Source of the DNA: Paraspadella gotoi
Lineage: Eukaryota; Animalia; Chaetognatha
Direction of reading: 5' to 3'
Assembly: GCA_051294375.1 (NCBI GenBank)
Contig: JBJCIZ010000395.1
Span: 1 to 52,183 of the forward strand
DNA length: 52,183 bases
Shown here: piece after piece, positions 12,727 to 24,700 of the stretch
Numbering within the stretch: the stretch's first letter is position 1
Layout of the letters: each line of letters opens with the position of its first letter
Notes under the pieces: model-generated
The model's database searches: none
What the model was told of the DNA's origin: nothing
Seen by the model: only the letters and a program-made list of their open reading frames with translations
Translations under genes and position numbers: made by a program

Positions 12727-15422
12727 TTAATTAATAGATTAATTAATTAATTAATTAATAGATTAATTAATTTAATTATATTCACTTGTCATCATCGATG
12801 TCCTTAAAATTGGAGTCAGGACAGTTATTAAATTGTTTTGTTTACATTTTATCAAAACAAACAAATATCCTCTATTATCGAGCCAGGCGGGCAAAGCCCG
12901 TCCTGGCTAGATTTTGATTCGGTTTAGCTTTCGGTCTCGCTTTTTTGCAATCATGGCTTCTGAAAATGTGATATCATAGGGAGTTGAATTTTCATATATG
13001 GCTTCTAATCATCAAGATCTTTAAAATTATCATGTTTCATATCACATATCGTTTTGTTTATGTTTTTTATTTACAAAACAAAAACGTTTTTAATTATATG
13101 TCGCTCTCTCTCTCTCTCTTTTTCTCTGTCTCTGCTTCTTCTGATTTGTCTAAAAAACGAGTTCGGCTCTGCAGCGTCTGTCCAGCTTCTTTCTCTCTCT
13201 TCTCTCTCTCTCTCTCTCTCTCTTCTGTCTCTCTTTTTTTTACAAAAAATTTTTAGATATAATGTGGTTCACTAATGTAAAAACGATGCCGCGAACCGTG
13301 CGCGAACCCGGTCCTTTGGGAGAGAAATAGCCTCACGCTAACGTTCGGCGCCATAAGTACTGCTAACTCTTTAACGAGTAAAGGGGCTGTAGAGCTTCTC
13401 TCTCTCTTTTAATTATATATTCGCTCTTTCTCTTTCTCTTTTTCTCTGCAGCGGCTGTTCTCTCTCTCTCTCTCTTTTTCTCTTCTCTCTCTGTCTCTCG
13501 TGCTCTCGTGTGTGTCTGTCCGCTATCTGTCCGAATCTTTTGCGTGATCGTTTGTTTTTTGAAAAATTCTGATTATTTTTTTCCTTCTAAAAAACTTTTT
13601 ATTATTGCCATTTATTCCGCGCTTTTTTTTCAATACAAAATCCCATATTTTCATCCGAGATTTTCGTGGATTTTAATTCTCTTTCTTCTCTCCTCTTCTC
13701 TTCTCTCTCTTCTTCTCTCTCGCTCTTTCTTTCTCTTTCTCTTTTCCTCTCTCTCTCTCTCTCTCTTTCCTCATACACGCATTGTTTTGTTTGTTGACTA
13801 TCATCGCATCAATGAATGAATATCATCAGCATCAAATGAATGACAATCATCGCATCACTGATGACTATCACAAGCAGTGAATGACTATCATCGCATCAAA
13901 TAATTGATTATCATCGAATCAATAATCAATTCCTATTACATCATAAATTACTATTACATCAATCAATTAGTTTACGTCAATCAATTACTATTACACTCAA
14001 TAATTCGTTATCGGCATGATTCATTCGGTTTTTTTTCCCCGGTTTTTTCATTAATTTTCTCAATGATAGTGGGCCTCTGGCTCGATCTTGAAGTCTTTTA
14101 AGATTTTTTTATTTATGTCTCCTTCCTCTCTCTCTCCTCTCTTCTCCTCTCTCTCTTTCTCTCTCACTCTCTCTCTCACTCCTCTCTTTCTCTCTCTCTC
14201 TCTCTTTCTTTATGCAATAGGCGACGATCCTTATGCGTTTTTAAGATTTTTTTAACTGTTGCAATCATTTTTTTCAACTTGCATAATTTTTTTCAACTTG
14301 CATTCCGTCAAAACTTTATATCTAGCTTCTTCACTCACTTTCCTACCGGTCACAAAATTTCATCTCAATCTATCATGGGTTAAAATAAATAAAAAGATTC
14401 AAGTAAAGTGACTCATATTTTTTTCATTTAAACTCATTTCCACTGGTACGTTTCCACTGAAACTTTATATCAAGCTTCGTCAATACTTTCCTCCCACACA
14501 CAATTTCAACTCAAATCTATCATCCAATTATGATTAATTGGAGTATTTATTGGTTAAAATAAGTAAAAATATTTTAGTTAAATGCGACTTATGTTTTTTC
14601 CCTCTTAACTCACACGATTCCGTCGAAACTTTATATCCAGCTTTATCACACACTTTCCTACCCACACACAAAATTTAATTCCATCCAACAGCCAATCACG
14701 AGTTATTGGAGCTTTTTGCTAAGATGGGACGATGGACGTATTGATTGACTAATTAATTTAATTATTGATTAATTTAATTTACTAATTGATTAATTAACTG
14801 ATTAATTATTTGATTTATTAATACATCCTGCTCAGATACATTTAATAATACAAAGAAAAAGAAGCATAATCAATTAGTAAACAGGTTTTTTTGTTTTTTT
14901 TCCATTTAAACTCATTTCCACTCAAACTATTCCATCGAAACTTGATTCCTGTTCAATCACACACTTTCTACCCACATACAAATTCCAGGTCAATCAGCCC
15001 ATCCACTCATGAGCAATTGGTGTTCAAGTAGTGAATATAATGTTTTTTGTTTTTCCATTTATACTCATTTCCACTCGGACGATTCCTTCGAAACTTCATA
15101 TCCAGCTCAATCACACACTTACCTATCCACCACAAAATTTATTTAAATCCATCCATCCAATCACGAGTAATTGGTGTTTTTTGCTAAGGTGGGACGGACG
15201 GACGGACGGACGGAACGGACGGACGGACGGACGGACGGACGGACCGGACGGACGGACGGAACGGACGGACGGACGACATTCATTTTTTTTTGCATAATTT
15301 ATCATAATTCGATGTTTCTGACATGAATAACAGTGTGTGCCCGACAATATGAGGGGGCGAACCGACGGACCGAAAAAGTGAGTTATAGAGTCGGGATCTG
15401 CTGATAAGCAGATCCGACTAAA
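12727..15422 (-). mobile_element. HINE-A copy 4 with nested HINE-B, inserted in opposite orientation into copy 3
   Basis: Colinear with 34411-37197. Right terminus TCGGGATCTGCTGATAAGCAGATCCGACTAAAA. Left terminus (AACAAGTTTGAGC) is missing. Confidence 0.85.
12875..14110 (+). mobile_element. HINE-B nested in HINE-A copy 4
   Basis: 5' TT-ATCGAGCCAG-GCGGGCAAAGCCCGTC-CTGGCTAGAT and 3' CTGGCTCGAT plus TCTTGAAG-TC-TTTTAAGA hairpin plus T-run. Absent from HINE-A at ~17160 and ~50550 (empty T-run site). Confidence 0.75.
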
Positions 15423-17418
15423 AATAAGTGCATTTACTAAAATATTTTTACTTATTTTAACGGCAATAACTACTCTAATTAATCATAATTGGATGGTAGA
15501 TTGAGTTCAAATTTTTGTGTGGGTATGAAAAATGTGTTAACGATGGCTTGAATATAAAGTTTCGTGGTAATCGTACGAGTGGAAATGAGTTTTAAATGAA
15601 AAAAATATGAGTCACATTCAACTTGAATCTTTTTACTTATTTTAACCATAATAGATTGAGATTGAAATTTTGTGAGCGGGTAGGAAAGTGTGTGAAGAAG
15701 CTAGATATAAAAGTTTTGATGGAATTGTGCAGTGGAAATGAGTTTAAATGGAAAAACATAAAGTCACATTACTTGAATCTTTATTATTTATGATTTTTAA
15801 TTTATGATTACTAATAATGTTTTAATGAATTAATTAATGTGAAAAATGATGCAAATTTAAAAAAAATTATGCAAGTTAAAAATGATGCAAGCAGAAAAAT
15901 GATGCCAGTTAAAAAAATCCTAAAAGCATAAGGATCTTCGCAATTGCAAAGAGAGAGAGAGAGAGAGAGAGAGAGCAGAAAAATGAGCATAAGGATCGTC
16001 GCAATTGCAAAGAGAGAGAGAGAGCAGAAAAATGAGCATAAGGATCGTGGCAATTGCAAAGAGAGAGAGAGAGAGAAAGAGAGAGAGTCCGAGATAAAAA
16101 TTAGCGAATAAAAAAGTTATTTTACTCACTGAATAAAAATACTTAAAATACTTACAAAATACATAAAATTCATAAAATTATTATTCCGATAACATTGTTT
16201 AATCACATATAATACATCTAGTAAAATTGAACACTTTATAACTTCTAGTTCTCTCCAAAAAAATTCTTTTTTCCTTCTACTACTAAATCGATTTTCAATG
16301 TAACTTTTTGAATTAGTTCATTGGGTTGTTGCACTGAAGCTTTTTAATATTTATTAATATATAACAAATGACAAAAAAAAAATTTTAAAATGTGATTTTT
16401 TTTAAGAACGGGTTCTTGGAGAGCTTAAAAAGTTAAATGAAAGTTAGTACTATAATTTTTTCAAATTTTGACAATAAATTGGTGAAAAATAGAAAAAACC
16501 TTAAAAAATCATCATTATCATCATTATAGGCTGAATTTTTTTTTTAATTTTTCATTAATAAAACAAAAATTTTAGAAAGTTGTATTAATAACCTTTATCT
16601 AACTTTTTAAAGCTCTATCAGAATCTATAAAAAAATTGATAAGCAAAATTTTAAAAATTATTGTCATTTTCATATTATTTAAAGTCGCTTAACCATTATT
16701 TATTTGAGAGAACTTCTAGTTTTCAACCTGTTCGCGCCTAATATCTAGTAAGGCGCGGCCAAAATTGAACACTTTTTATAACTTCTAGTTCTCTTTAAAA
16801 ATTTTTTTTTTCCTTTTACTACTAAATCGATTTTCAATGTAACTTTTTGAATTAGTTCATTGGGTTGTTTGCACTGAAGCTTTAAATATTTATTAATATA
16901 TAATAATTATATAAAGTTTTGACGGAATTGTGCCAGTGGAAATGAGTTTAGATGGAAAAAACATAAGTCACATTTACTTGAATCTTTAATATTAATGATT
17001 ACTAATAAATGTTTTAATTAATTATTAATTAATTAATATGAAAAAATGATGCAAGTTAAAAAAAATCTTAAAAGCATAAAGATCGTCGCAAATTGCATAA
17101 AAAGAGAGAGAGAGAGAGAGAGAGAGAGTGAGAGAGAGAGAGAGAGAAGGAGACATAAAATAAAATAGAGGATATTTGTTTGTTTTCATAAAATGTAAAC
17201 AAAACATATTTAATAACTGTCCTAACCCAATTTTAAGGACATCGATGATGATAAGTTGAATTATAAATTTTAAAATTAATTATTACATATTAAATTAATT
17301 AATTAATCGATTAATTAATTAATTAATTATTCGTAAGGCAGATCCGACATTGTTTGCTCAAACTTGTTTTCTTAACAAAAGAAGGAAAGTGAGAAGTTTC
17401 GGCGATGTAAATCCAGAC

Positions 17419-18126
17419 CTCTGTTCTTGCAAATAATCGTCTGCGTGTGCGACCCGTTCTTTTTGAAGCAGAGTTCCAACTCGCACCATTCTCCTTTTTG
17501 ACCCGGCGGACAATCGCACCCCCAGCCCATCTTCCCGCCCCCGCCGCCGTCAGGATACTTGGCTGTCCACACACACTGACCCCCGTTGAGGCAAACCGGA
17601 TATCTGAGTGGGGGGCGGTATGAGAAGAGGGGGTATCGGGTGAGGAAAAGGGATGGGTTCAAAAGAGCTATCGCGTGAGTACAACTTTTGCAGTGAGCGA
17701 GTGATTGGGCTAAGTTAACGAGAAAAAAATATTTCAGCTTACCCCCTTTGGTTTTAAATTTATAATCCGCTAGATACTTTTCTTAAACTTTCCGCAGCAG
17801 CTGGAGAAATTTATGTTTGCAAAGGAGAAAAATTATAACTTCCGAAAGAATTGAGAATTAAGAATTAAAAACTTAAGGATTAGCTTTCAGATTTCAAACA
17901 AGGAAAAGAAACATTGTTATTTTTTTAAACTAAAGAGTTTTTGAGCCTTCTTAAGTTGGCGTCATTTATAATTTAAAATAATTAAGAGACGGACCCCATT
18001 GCGTCGCCTTTGGTGTTGATCGTCTTTGTCGTGACGTAAACCCAGTTAGCCTTCCACATATCGATGTCATGGATTTTGTCCGGATCACAGATCTGATGCT
18101 GACAGAACTTGCCCATGTAACCCTGT

Positions 18127-18171
<45 letters not shown>

Positions 18172-19273
18172 TTTGTTTGTTTTTTATTTATCTATTGATC
18201 TATTTATTTATTTGTTATTTAATCTCCTAATGCTCGTTCCGACGAAGACCTTAGGACACTCGCAAATGACGGTCTGCTTGACGCCGAAGCAGCACCGGTT
18301 CTGCGTACAGGTACCGCGAAGACACGGGTTGTAAGGTGTGCAGCTGTAGATGATGGGGTCGATGATTACGCGATCCTTGCAGTTGCTCTTTGGGTCATAA
18401 CCGGCGAAGCAACGACAGGTCTTCTTCGTTCCGCCCTTCACGTTGAGGACGAGGCTGCAGACTCCTGGAGGGTCGCATTGAGAGGGAGGAGGAGAAGCCT
18501 CAATCACTACACTCCACGGAGCGACGAAACCTCTCATTCTTGACCAATCAACTTCAGTCAACTTCAGTCAACTTCAGTCCACTTTACTTCTCTACACTGC
18601 ATCATCCATTATCACTGCACAAACTATTTCAGTTATAAAACCTCCCAATCTTGATTACTCCACTCACTACTCTAGTGAAAAAAGCTTCAACTTACGATCA
18701 TTCCACTCACTGAATATCCCAACTTCAATCACTCCGATCACAGACGCAGTGACAAAACTGCTGAATCTCTCCACTCTCTCTCTCACTCCGCTCTCACCGT
18801 TGTTGTTGCAAAAATCGTGATCCCGACAGGCGTAGTCGTCGACCTTCTCGACGGATGCGAAGTAAACAAGAAGGACGTTGAGGGTGAAGAAGAGGACGAT
18901 GTAGATGCAGATGACGAGGATTTGTTTCAATTTGTCGTTGCGTTGACTCACCGCCAACTTCTCTCTCTCCTCTCTCTCTAAGGATACAATTGTGGAAAGT
19001 GGTTGGGAGGCGTTTAAATGTGAATTGAATACTTGAGCAGTGAAATGAACCTTTATACTGCGAGCATAGGGGTACATAATAACATGTATTAGCGAAATAT
19101 TGTATGAGACAGACGTTCAATATACGGCCGAGAAGGTGGATATGGCCGGGAAAGCATTGGTGGTGCTAGCCGCAAGGCGGCGGTGCCAGTCGCAGAGGCG
19201 GCGGTACTGGCTGAGACAAAGGGGACGTTGCCTTTGCAACTCGTGAACTCGATTTGAACGTCGGGTTCGACAT
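17419..19273 (-). CDS. Type II single-pass membrane protein with EGF-like repeats, 5' part (exons ~19273-18798, 18464-18250, 18122-17995, 17709-17683, 17603-17419); 3' exons not found
   Basis: All four introns are GT-AG with matching phases. The spliced product has a Pro-rich N-terminus, TM ILVICIYIVLFFTLNVLLVYFA, then CRDHDFCNNNG|VCSL..CRCFAGYDPKSNC, CTPYNPCLRGTC..CECPK|GYMGKFC, VCLNGGQC..CDCPPGQKGEWC. Exon 1 needs frameshift correction, so the start is uncertain. Confidence 0.82.
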
Positions 19274-19767
19274 CCAGTGGAGGATAGTATTTTTAGTAGA
19301 AAATAATTCGACGCCAAGGTGAAATTGAAGGAGAATTTATTTAGTAAAACATCGAAGGGGAAGAAATAATAATAATAATGAGGTCGAGAATAAAATAACA
19401 ATGCCTTTTATATGAACTACTTTGTTTATCAAAGTAGGAATGTAAATGAGAATGGAATTTTAGGCCGAGAGAAATATTATTTACATTTTTGTAATTTACT
19501 AAATTCTTTCTCCCAATCTTCACTCGGCCATGTTACCAAAATTTCAAAAAACCAAAATAATATTTCTAAAATTGATACTATAAAAATACTCAGGATTAAA
19601 AAAATAAAATTTTTAGCCAAAATAACACTATAAAATTCACAAGGATAGACATTAAATGTAACGGTCAATGAAATCGCGAATATATAAAAGGGAATTGATT
19701 TCAAGTTTCAGTCCACACAATCTTACAAAAAAATAATTTTCATAAGCTAACAATATTCGATTTAATC

Positions 19768-19892
19768 AAAAAAATCTTAAAAGCATAAGGATCAAGCCAT
19801 GGAGGATAGTATAGTCATTGATGGCGATGATAGTCATTCATTGAGGCGATGAAATCTTCATCGTAAATAACCAAACAAATGCGTGTATGAGT

Positions 19893-19928
<36 letters not shown>

Positions 19929-20290
19929 CTGGACAGTTTTCCCGCCAACGAAACGCATTATTAGGTCTCTCTCATTTATATAAAGAAATATCAGAAATTT
20001 TTAGGGAAAAAATCCACGAAAATCTCGGATGTAAATTGGGATTTTGTATTGAGAAAAAAGCGCGGAATAAATGGCGATAATAAAGTTTTTAGAAGGAAAA
20101 AAAAGAGAGAGAGAGAGAGAGGAGAGAGAAAGAGAGAGAGAGAAGCTGGACAGCCGCTGGACGCCGCTGGACGCCGCTGCAGAGCTGAACTCATTTTCCG
20201 ACGAATATGAGTAGGGACGAACTCTTTTTCCTTTCTATAAAAAAATATTACAAATAAATATTTGGGTAATGAGCCATATAAGAAATTTTT
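19768..20290 (-). repeat. HINE-B-related fragment
   Basis: Reverse complement of HINE-B internal motifs (CATACACGCATTTG, CATCCGAGATTTTCGTGGA, TATATGGCT) and an AAAATCTTAAAAGCATAAGGATC terminus. Similar fragments at about 21030-21260, 46680-46900 and 47560-47850. Confidence 0.6.
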
Positions 20291-21675
20291 TGTACATTGA
20301 AAGTAAACTTAAAAATGCATAAATTTTCGTTTGAGCATATTCCCATACTAAATTTTTGATTCACCCATTGAGAGGGGCTACGCCCATTCAGAAGAAAAAA
20401 ACTAAACTCTTTTCAATAATAATGATCCAAAAATATAAATCCCTATTACAAAATATATAGTTGAAATACTCAGTACCGACTATGATATTTGACTTGATTC
20501 CAAATATTTTTTTTATTTATCAAAAAAAAATTATTTCCTCATTTTAAAAAATTTTAATCTTGATAATGATTTTTGATTGTTCTTTTTTTTAGGAAGAAAC
20601 CAGACGGTCTATTTATGCATATTTAATTAATTTATAAATAGTTATCACAACTCAAATAATTATTATTTAAAAAAAAGATAAAAATGATTAAATATATCAC
20701 TAAAAATATTTATAAAATTTAATAAAATAGTATAAATTATCAGATATAAAAAAAGAATAGTTTAATTTGACTATATCTCTCTTATCAACTCCTATTTTAG
20801 ATATAATTTGCCAATAGTGGGCCAACCGGTTCAAAGTTACAATAATAAATAATAACAAATTTATTTTTTTAAATGTAATGCATATTGTTTTTGATTTTGT
20901 CAATACTGTTTTTGGTATTAATTAAAAAATAATGTGGGCAAAGGCTGGCATATATAATAAGTCACATTAGCTGATTTATGTGACAATGCATTTCATATAA
21001 AGTTATTCTTCACACTTTTTAAAAATGTATCCACGAAAATCTCGGTGTAAATTTGGGATTTTGTATTGAGAAAAAGCCGAATAAAAGTTTTTAGAAAGAA
21101 AAACATAATCATAAATTTTTCAAAAAAAGAACGATCACGCAAGAGATAATAAAGAGAGAAAGAGACAGAAAGAGAAAGAGAGAGAGAGAAGAGAGAGACA
21201 AAGCTGGACAGCTGCTTAAAGGCCGCTGTACAGGTCAGTGCAGAAACTGAATCTGTTTTTTTGTTATAATAAAAAAAAAAAAGAAAAAAAAGAAATAAAA
21301 AGAAAGGCAAAAAATGTTACAATGGTTTACAATTTGAAATTTTTCCAATTTTTTCCAATCGCAGCTTGTAAAAGATTTATTTTTTATTTGTATTAAAATT
21401 AAGATATAGCTTCTCATTAAAAAGTTATTTTGAGTTCCCATTTTTATTAGAGATTTTAAAAATTTTTTTGAATTTCATCTTCAATATTATATACTGCAAT
21501 ATGTAAATTAGATTAAAGCATTTCTATATACTAATTTGGATATGATAATGAGTACTATAATCTCATTTGCATATTGCAGTAAATCATAATGAAGTGGAAA
21601 TTCAAACAAAAATCTTAAATCCAAATGTAATAAGAAAATATCAAAGCTATTTCAAGATGAGAAGCCATATCTATA

Positions 21676-21729
21676 AATATTTAGTATTGTTCATAGCCTC
21701 AGCACTAGAATTCCCTGACTCCAGAACGC
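21676..21729 (+). repeat. Left copy of 54-bp direct repeat flanking the LINE
   Basis: AATATTTAGTATTGTTCATAGCCTCAGCACTAGAATTCCCTGACTCCAGAACGC matches 26969-27022 apart from two single-base indels. Confidence 0.9.
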
Positions 21730-24700
21730 AGACGCAGAGCACTCAAATCCCCCGGCCTCCTTCAAGCTCACCCTAGGTTCATGCGTTCAGTACGACGTCG
21801 CTGTGCGACGTCTTTCGCGAACCGAGATGCTTTTTCCGTAAAAAACGTCGCTCCCTTCAGTAACATGCTTACAATTACAAACACAGGTAAGTTTCCAGAT
21901 GGAGACTGAAAGAGCGAAGGTTTGATTGTCGAGATGGGACGATCTGCGAGGTGCGTATAGAATATTGGTGATTTGAGTGATTCGCTTTCTTTGTTGCCAC
22001 CCCGTCGTCTAATCTTTTCGAGTAATTTCCTATATTGGATTTCTTTCGCATGATAGAAACTCCGTAGTGAATTAGTATTTCGTATTTTCTCCTCATCGCG
22101 TATGGTAGTGTTTTTCGCTGCACGGATTTGTAACTTTGATACTCTATTGTTCTTGGTTGTTTGCGTGTTCATCAAACATTTCCTGACGTCGACGCCCATG
22201 AGGCCTCGCGGTCTGGCTTAAATACCAGCTGGTGCCGCCCCAGACTCTGTAACCCCATGTCAAAATCTCCAGCGATCTCGGACGAAAATTGTTCGTTGTG
22301 AGCGATGTGTTATACTCCGAGGCTCGTCTATTTGTAGAGCATTGTGTCCATGATCGTTACTACCGTTACGGACGAGCATCCCTCTGAGCAAGTTTCGACG
22401 AACCTCGTCCGCTTCACCTGTCCCGCTATCGGATATCCTCAACATTTTATGCAGGCGAGACTTCGGGCTTGCGACGGCTTTTCATCGCCTGTATTTCTTT
22501 TTACCTACTTATTAGTCCCTTGTCTACCGTTCTGTCAGTTATCTAAAACCATCATCTGTGTTCCGAGCTTTTTTCCCCCCGTCGCCTAAGAATTTCTAAC
22601 GTAGTATAGGTAACTCCGGTTATACACACTGATAAATGAGTCATAGTAGCAAGAGGCTCGTCATCGACAGTAGCCTAACTTGTGGCGTCTCCCTAGCCCC
22701 GTTCCTTATTTGGGAGCGACGGACGCCTCCTCGCTTGTTCGCTCCTATCGGCGTCTTATACCAAGGTCTGGCGCCCTTCGATTGCTGCATTAGAGAGCGG
22801 CAAATCCGCTAGCATACATTGCTGTGTTCCTAACCTCCTCGGCGAAAAACTTAGTCATGTGGCCACAAAAATGCTCCTTGAGCCCTCCGAGGAGTTGGTT
22901 ATCTTTTTGGGTCGCTCCTGCAATTGTTGATTTTCGGCCTTCTGCCCGTTGACGGAGGCGGAGCTGCGAGAAGTTGGGAAGATTATTGTTCCTTTACGGC
23001 TCGAGCCTTTGGTCCATTTTGTGCTCTGGATCCTGTTGGGAATTATACCCCCATTTTTCTACGCGTTATTTCATAAAAAATAAAAAAAACACAATAATAA
23101 GCTCGCGAGAAATTAAATATAAATAAGAAATGTGAGATGAGCCTAAACTCCCTCTAACCGGTGTTAACAGAAGAAGCACAGTTCATCACCCGAAAAGCGT
23201 ACCCAGCAGCTCCAAAATCTTGAGGCTCTTGAGCACGTAAAATACGTCAGGTTCGCCGAATGTACTGCCGCCGAGATAATCAATTTTCGCATGGGTGTAT
23301 TTTGAAATTTCGGTATCTCGGGGACGAAATTTATTGCTTTGCAACCGGCGTCGTCTCCTTTGTGGGGCGCGATTTCTCATCCGTTAGGTTGTCGGACTAC
23401 CATACCCCCGTTTAACGTTCAAATACTACAGGGCACTCCGGCAAATTTCGGAGAGTGTCCATAAGTAATAAAACAATCAACTTATATTATCGCACGCGTC
23501 ACAGTCAAAAGCGTGCTGGCGTCGACTAAGATAGGATTGTTAACTAAGTATGGTGCATGACGTAAAAGTTACTACTACACAAGGTGATTAGACGAACTGA
23601 GCAGGGTGCAATGGGTTTGGGGTGCAGAGAATACAAGAGAAAATTTTCTCCCGCCTATAAGTTCGAAATAGAAATTAATCTGTTTCTATATCGGAGTCCT
23701 GCACGGAGTACTCACCCCCCCTCTTGTCTTACGAGAATTAAATCACCTTGTCTCCAACTTTCTCACTTATTTTTCCTCGATTACCTAGTATTATCCACCG
23801 TCTTAACGCTTTTTCAAAAAACTTGTTCAATGGCTCCTAGAGGTTCTTTAGCATGCCCTCATTCACACCGCGGAACTACTACTATAAAAAGCTGTTCGAG
23901 TGACATTTAAAAATCCTTGTTACCTGCTCAAATGGGATCCAGCATGGCTTTTGTCGCGACGAAACCGACCGTAACGAAATACAAAATCGGAATCTCGAGA
24001 TTTATAGTCGGCATAGAGATGTAGGCTGTTCATACTTCAGCTTTTTTAGTCCTGCTTGTGGGTTATTGTTGGAAGGCTTCAAGAGAAAGGTATAGGGCTA
24101 AGGCAGCCTGGGTTGCCCAAAGTCAGCACTGTTTTCATATTAAATGGGAAAATTGTTTGTATTTTGGGTTTGCGGTACCATCAACCACCTTGTCCATACT
24201 GGTGTGGGTCAGGTCATCTCTGTAGTGGGCGCAAGCTTCCGAACGACGGTCACAGTGACGGACCCTACTTGTTACTTAGGCTGCGGTTACTCCTCTCATA
24301 GGCTATCGCTCTCGAAACGGTATCATGCTTTGCCGAACGCCCAGTAGTGAAGTTTTAATGGCGTTCAACAGCTAAAATACCTACAACCCAACCGTTCTTC
24401 TATTTGATTATGATGGTACATTTTATATTTTTCTTGTTTGTCAATTAAAGTGAGGACTTGTAATTCGAAAAAGTCACATTTGCCATTAAGGGCACGTCAA
24501 TGTTTGTTCCTTTTCGATGGCTCAGCCGTCGCGTCAGAATGGAAAATTGGAGCGTATGGGTTGCTACCGCGAGTCACTCGTCGTCGTCGTTGTCCGTCGG
24601 TGTCCGAATCCAGCTTCGCTCTGGTGGCTAGGGCAGCGTGAGTGGTCGTTTGCAAGAACTCAAAAATTTCTGTGTAGGCGTTTATTACACCGGTGTTAGT

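Larger units (their letters stand above)
11101..17368 (+). mobile_element. HINE-A copy 3, long composite form interrupted by inverted copy 4
   Basis: 5' GTCGGATCTGCTTATC at 11104 and (GTCC)n at 11245-11367. The sequence resumes at ~15423 after copy 4. 3' GCAGATCCGACATTGTTTGCTCAAACTTGTT at 17338-17368. Confidence 0.75.

Noticed and set aside
12880-12910. Hairpin plus CTAG as a canonical Helitron 3' end
   Set aside because: Better explained as the 5' subTIR plus inverted repeat of HINE-B, and CTAG is not conserved in the copy at 34690-34720.
12984-13819. Leu/Ser/Phe-rich hydrophobic ORFs (also 34845-35671, 50825-51173, 3869-4084)
   Set aside because: Products of (CT)n and T-rich low-complexity repeat DNA.
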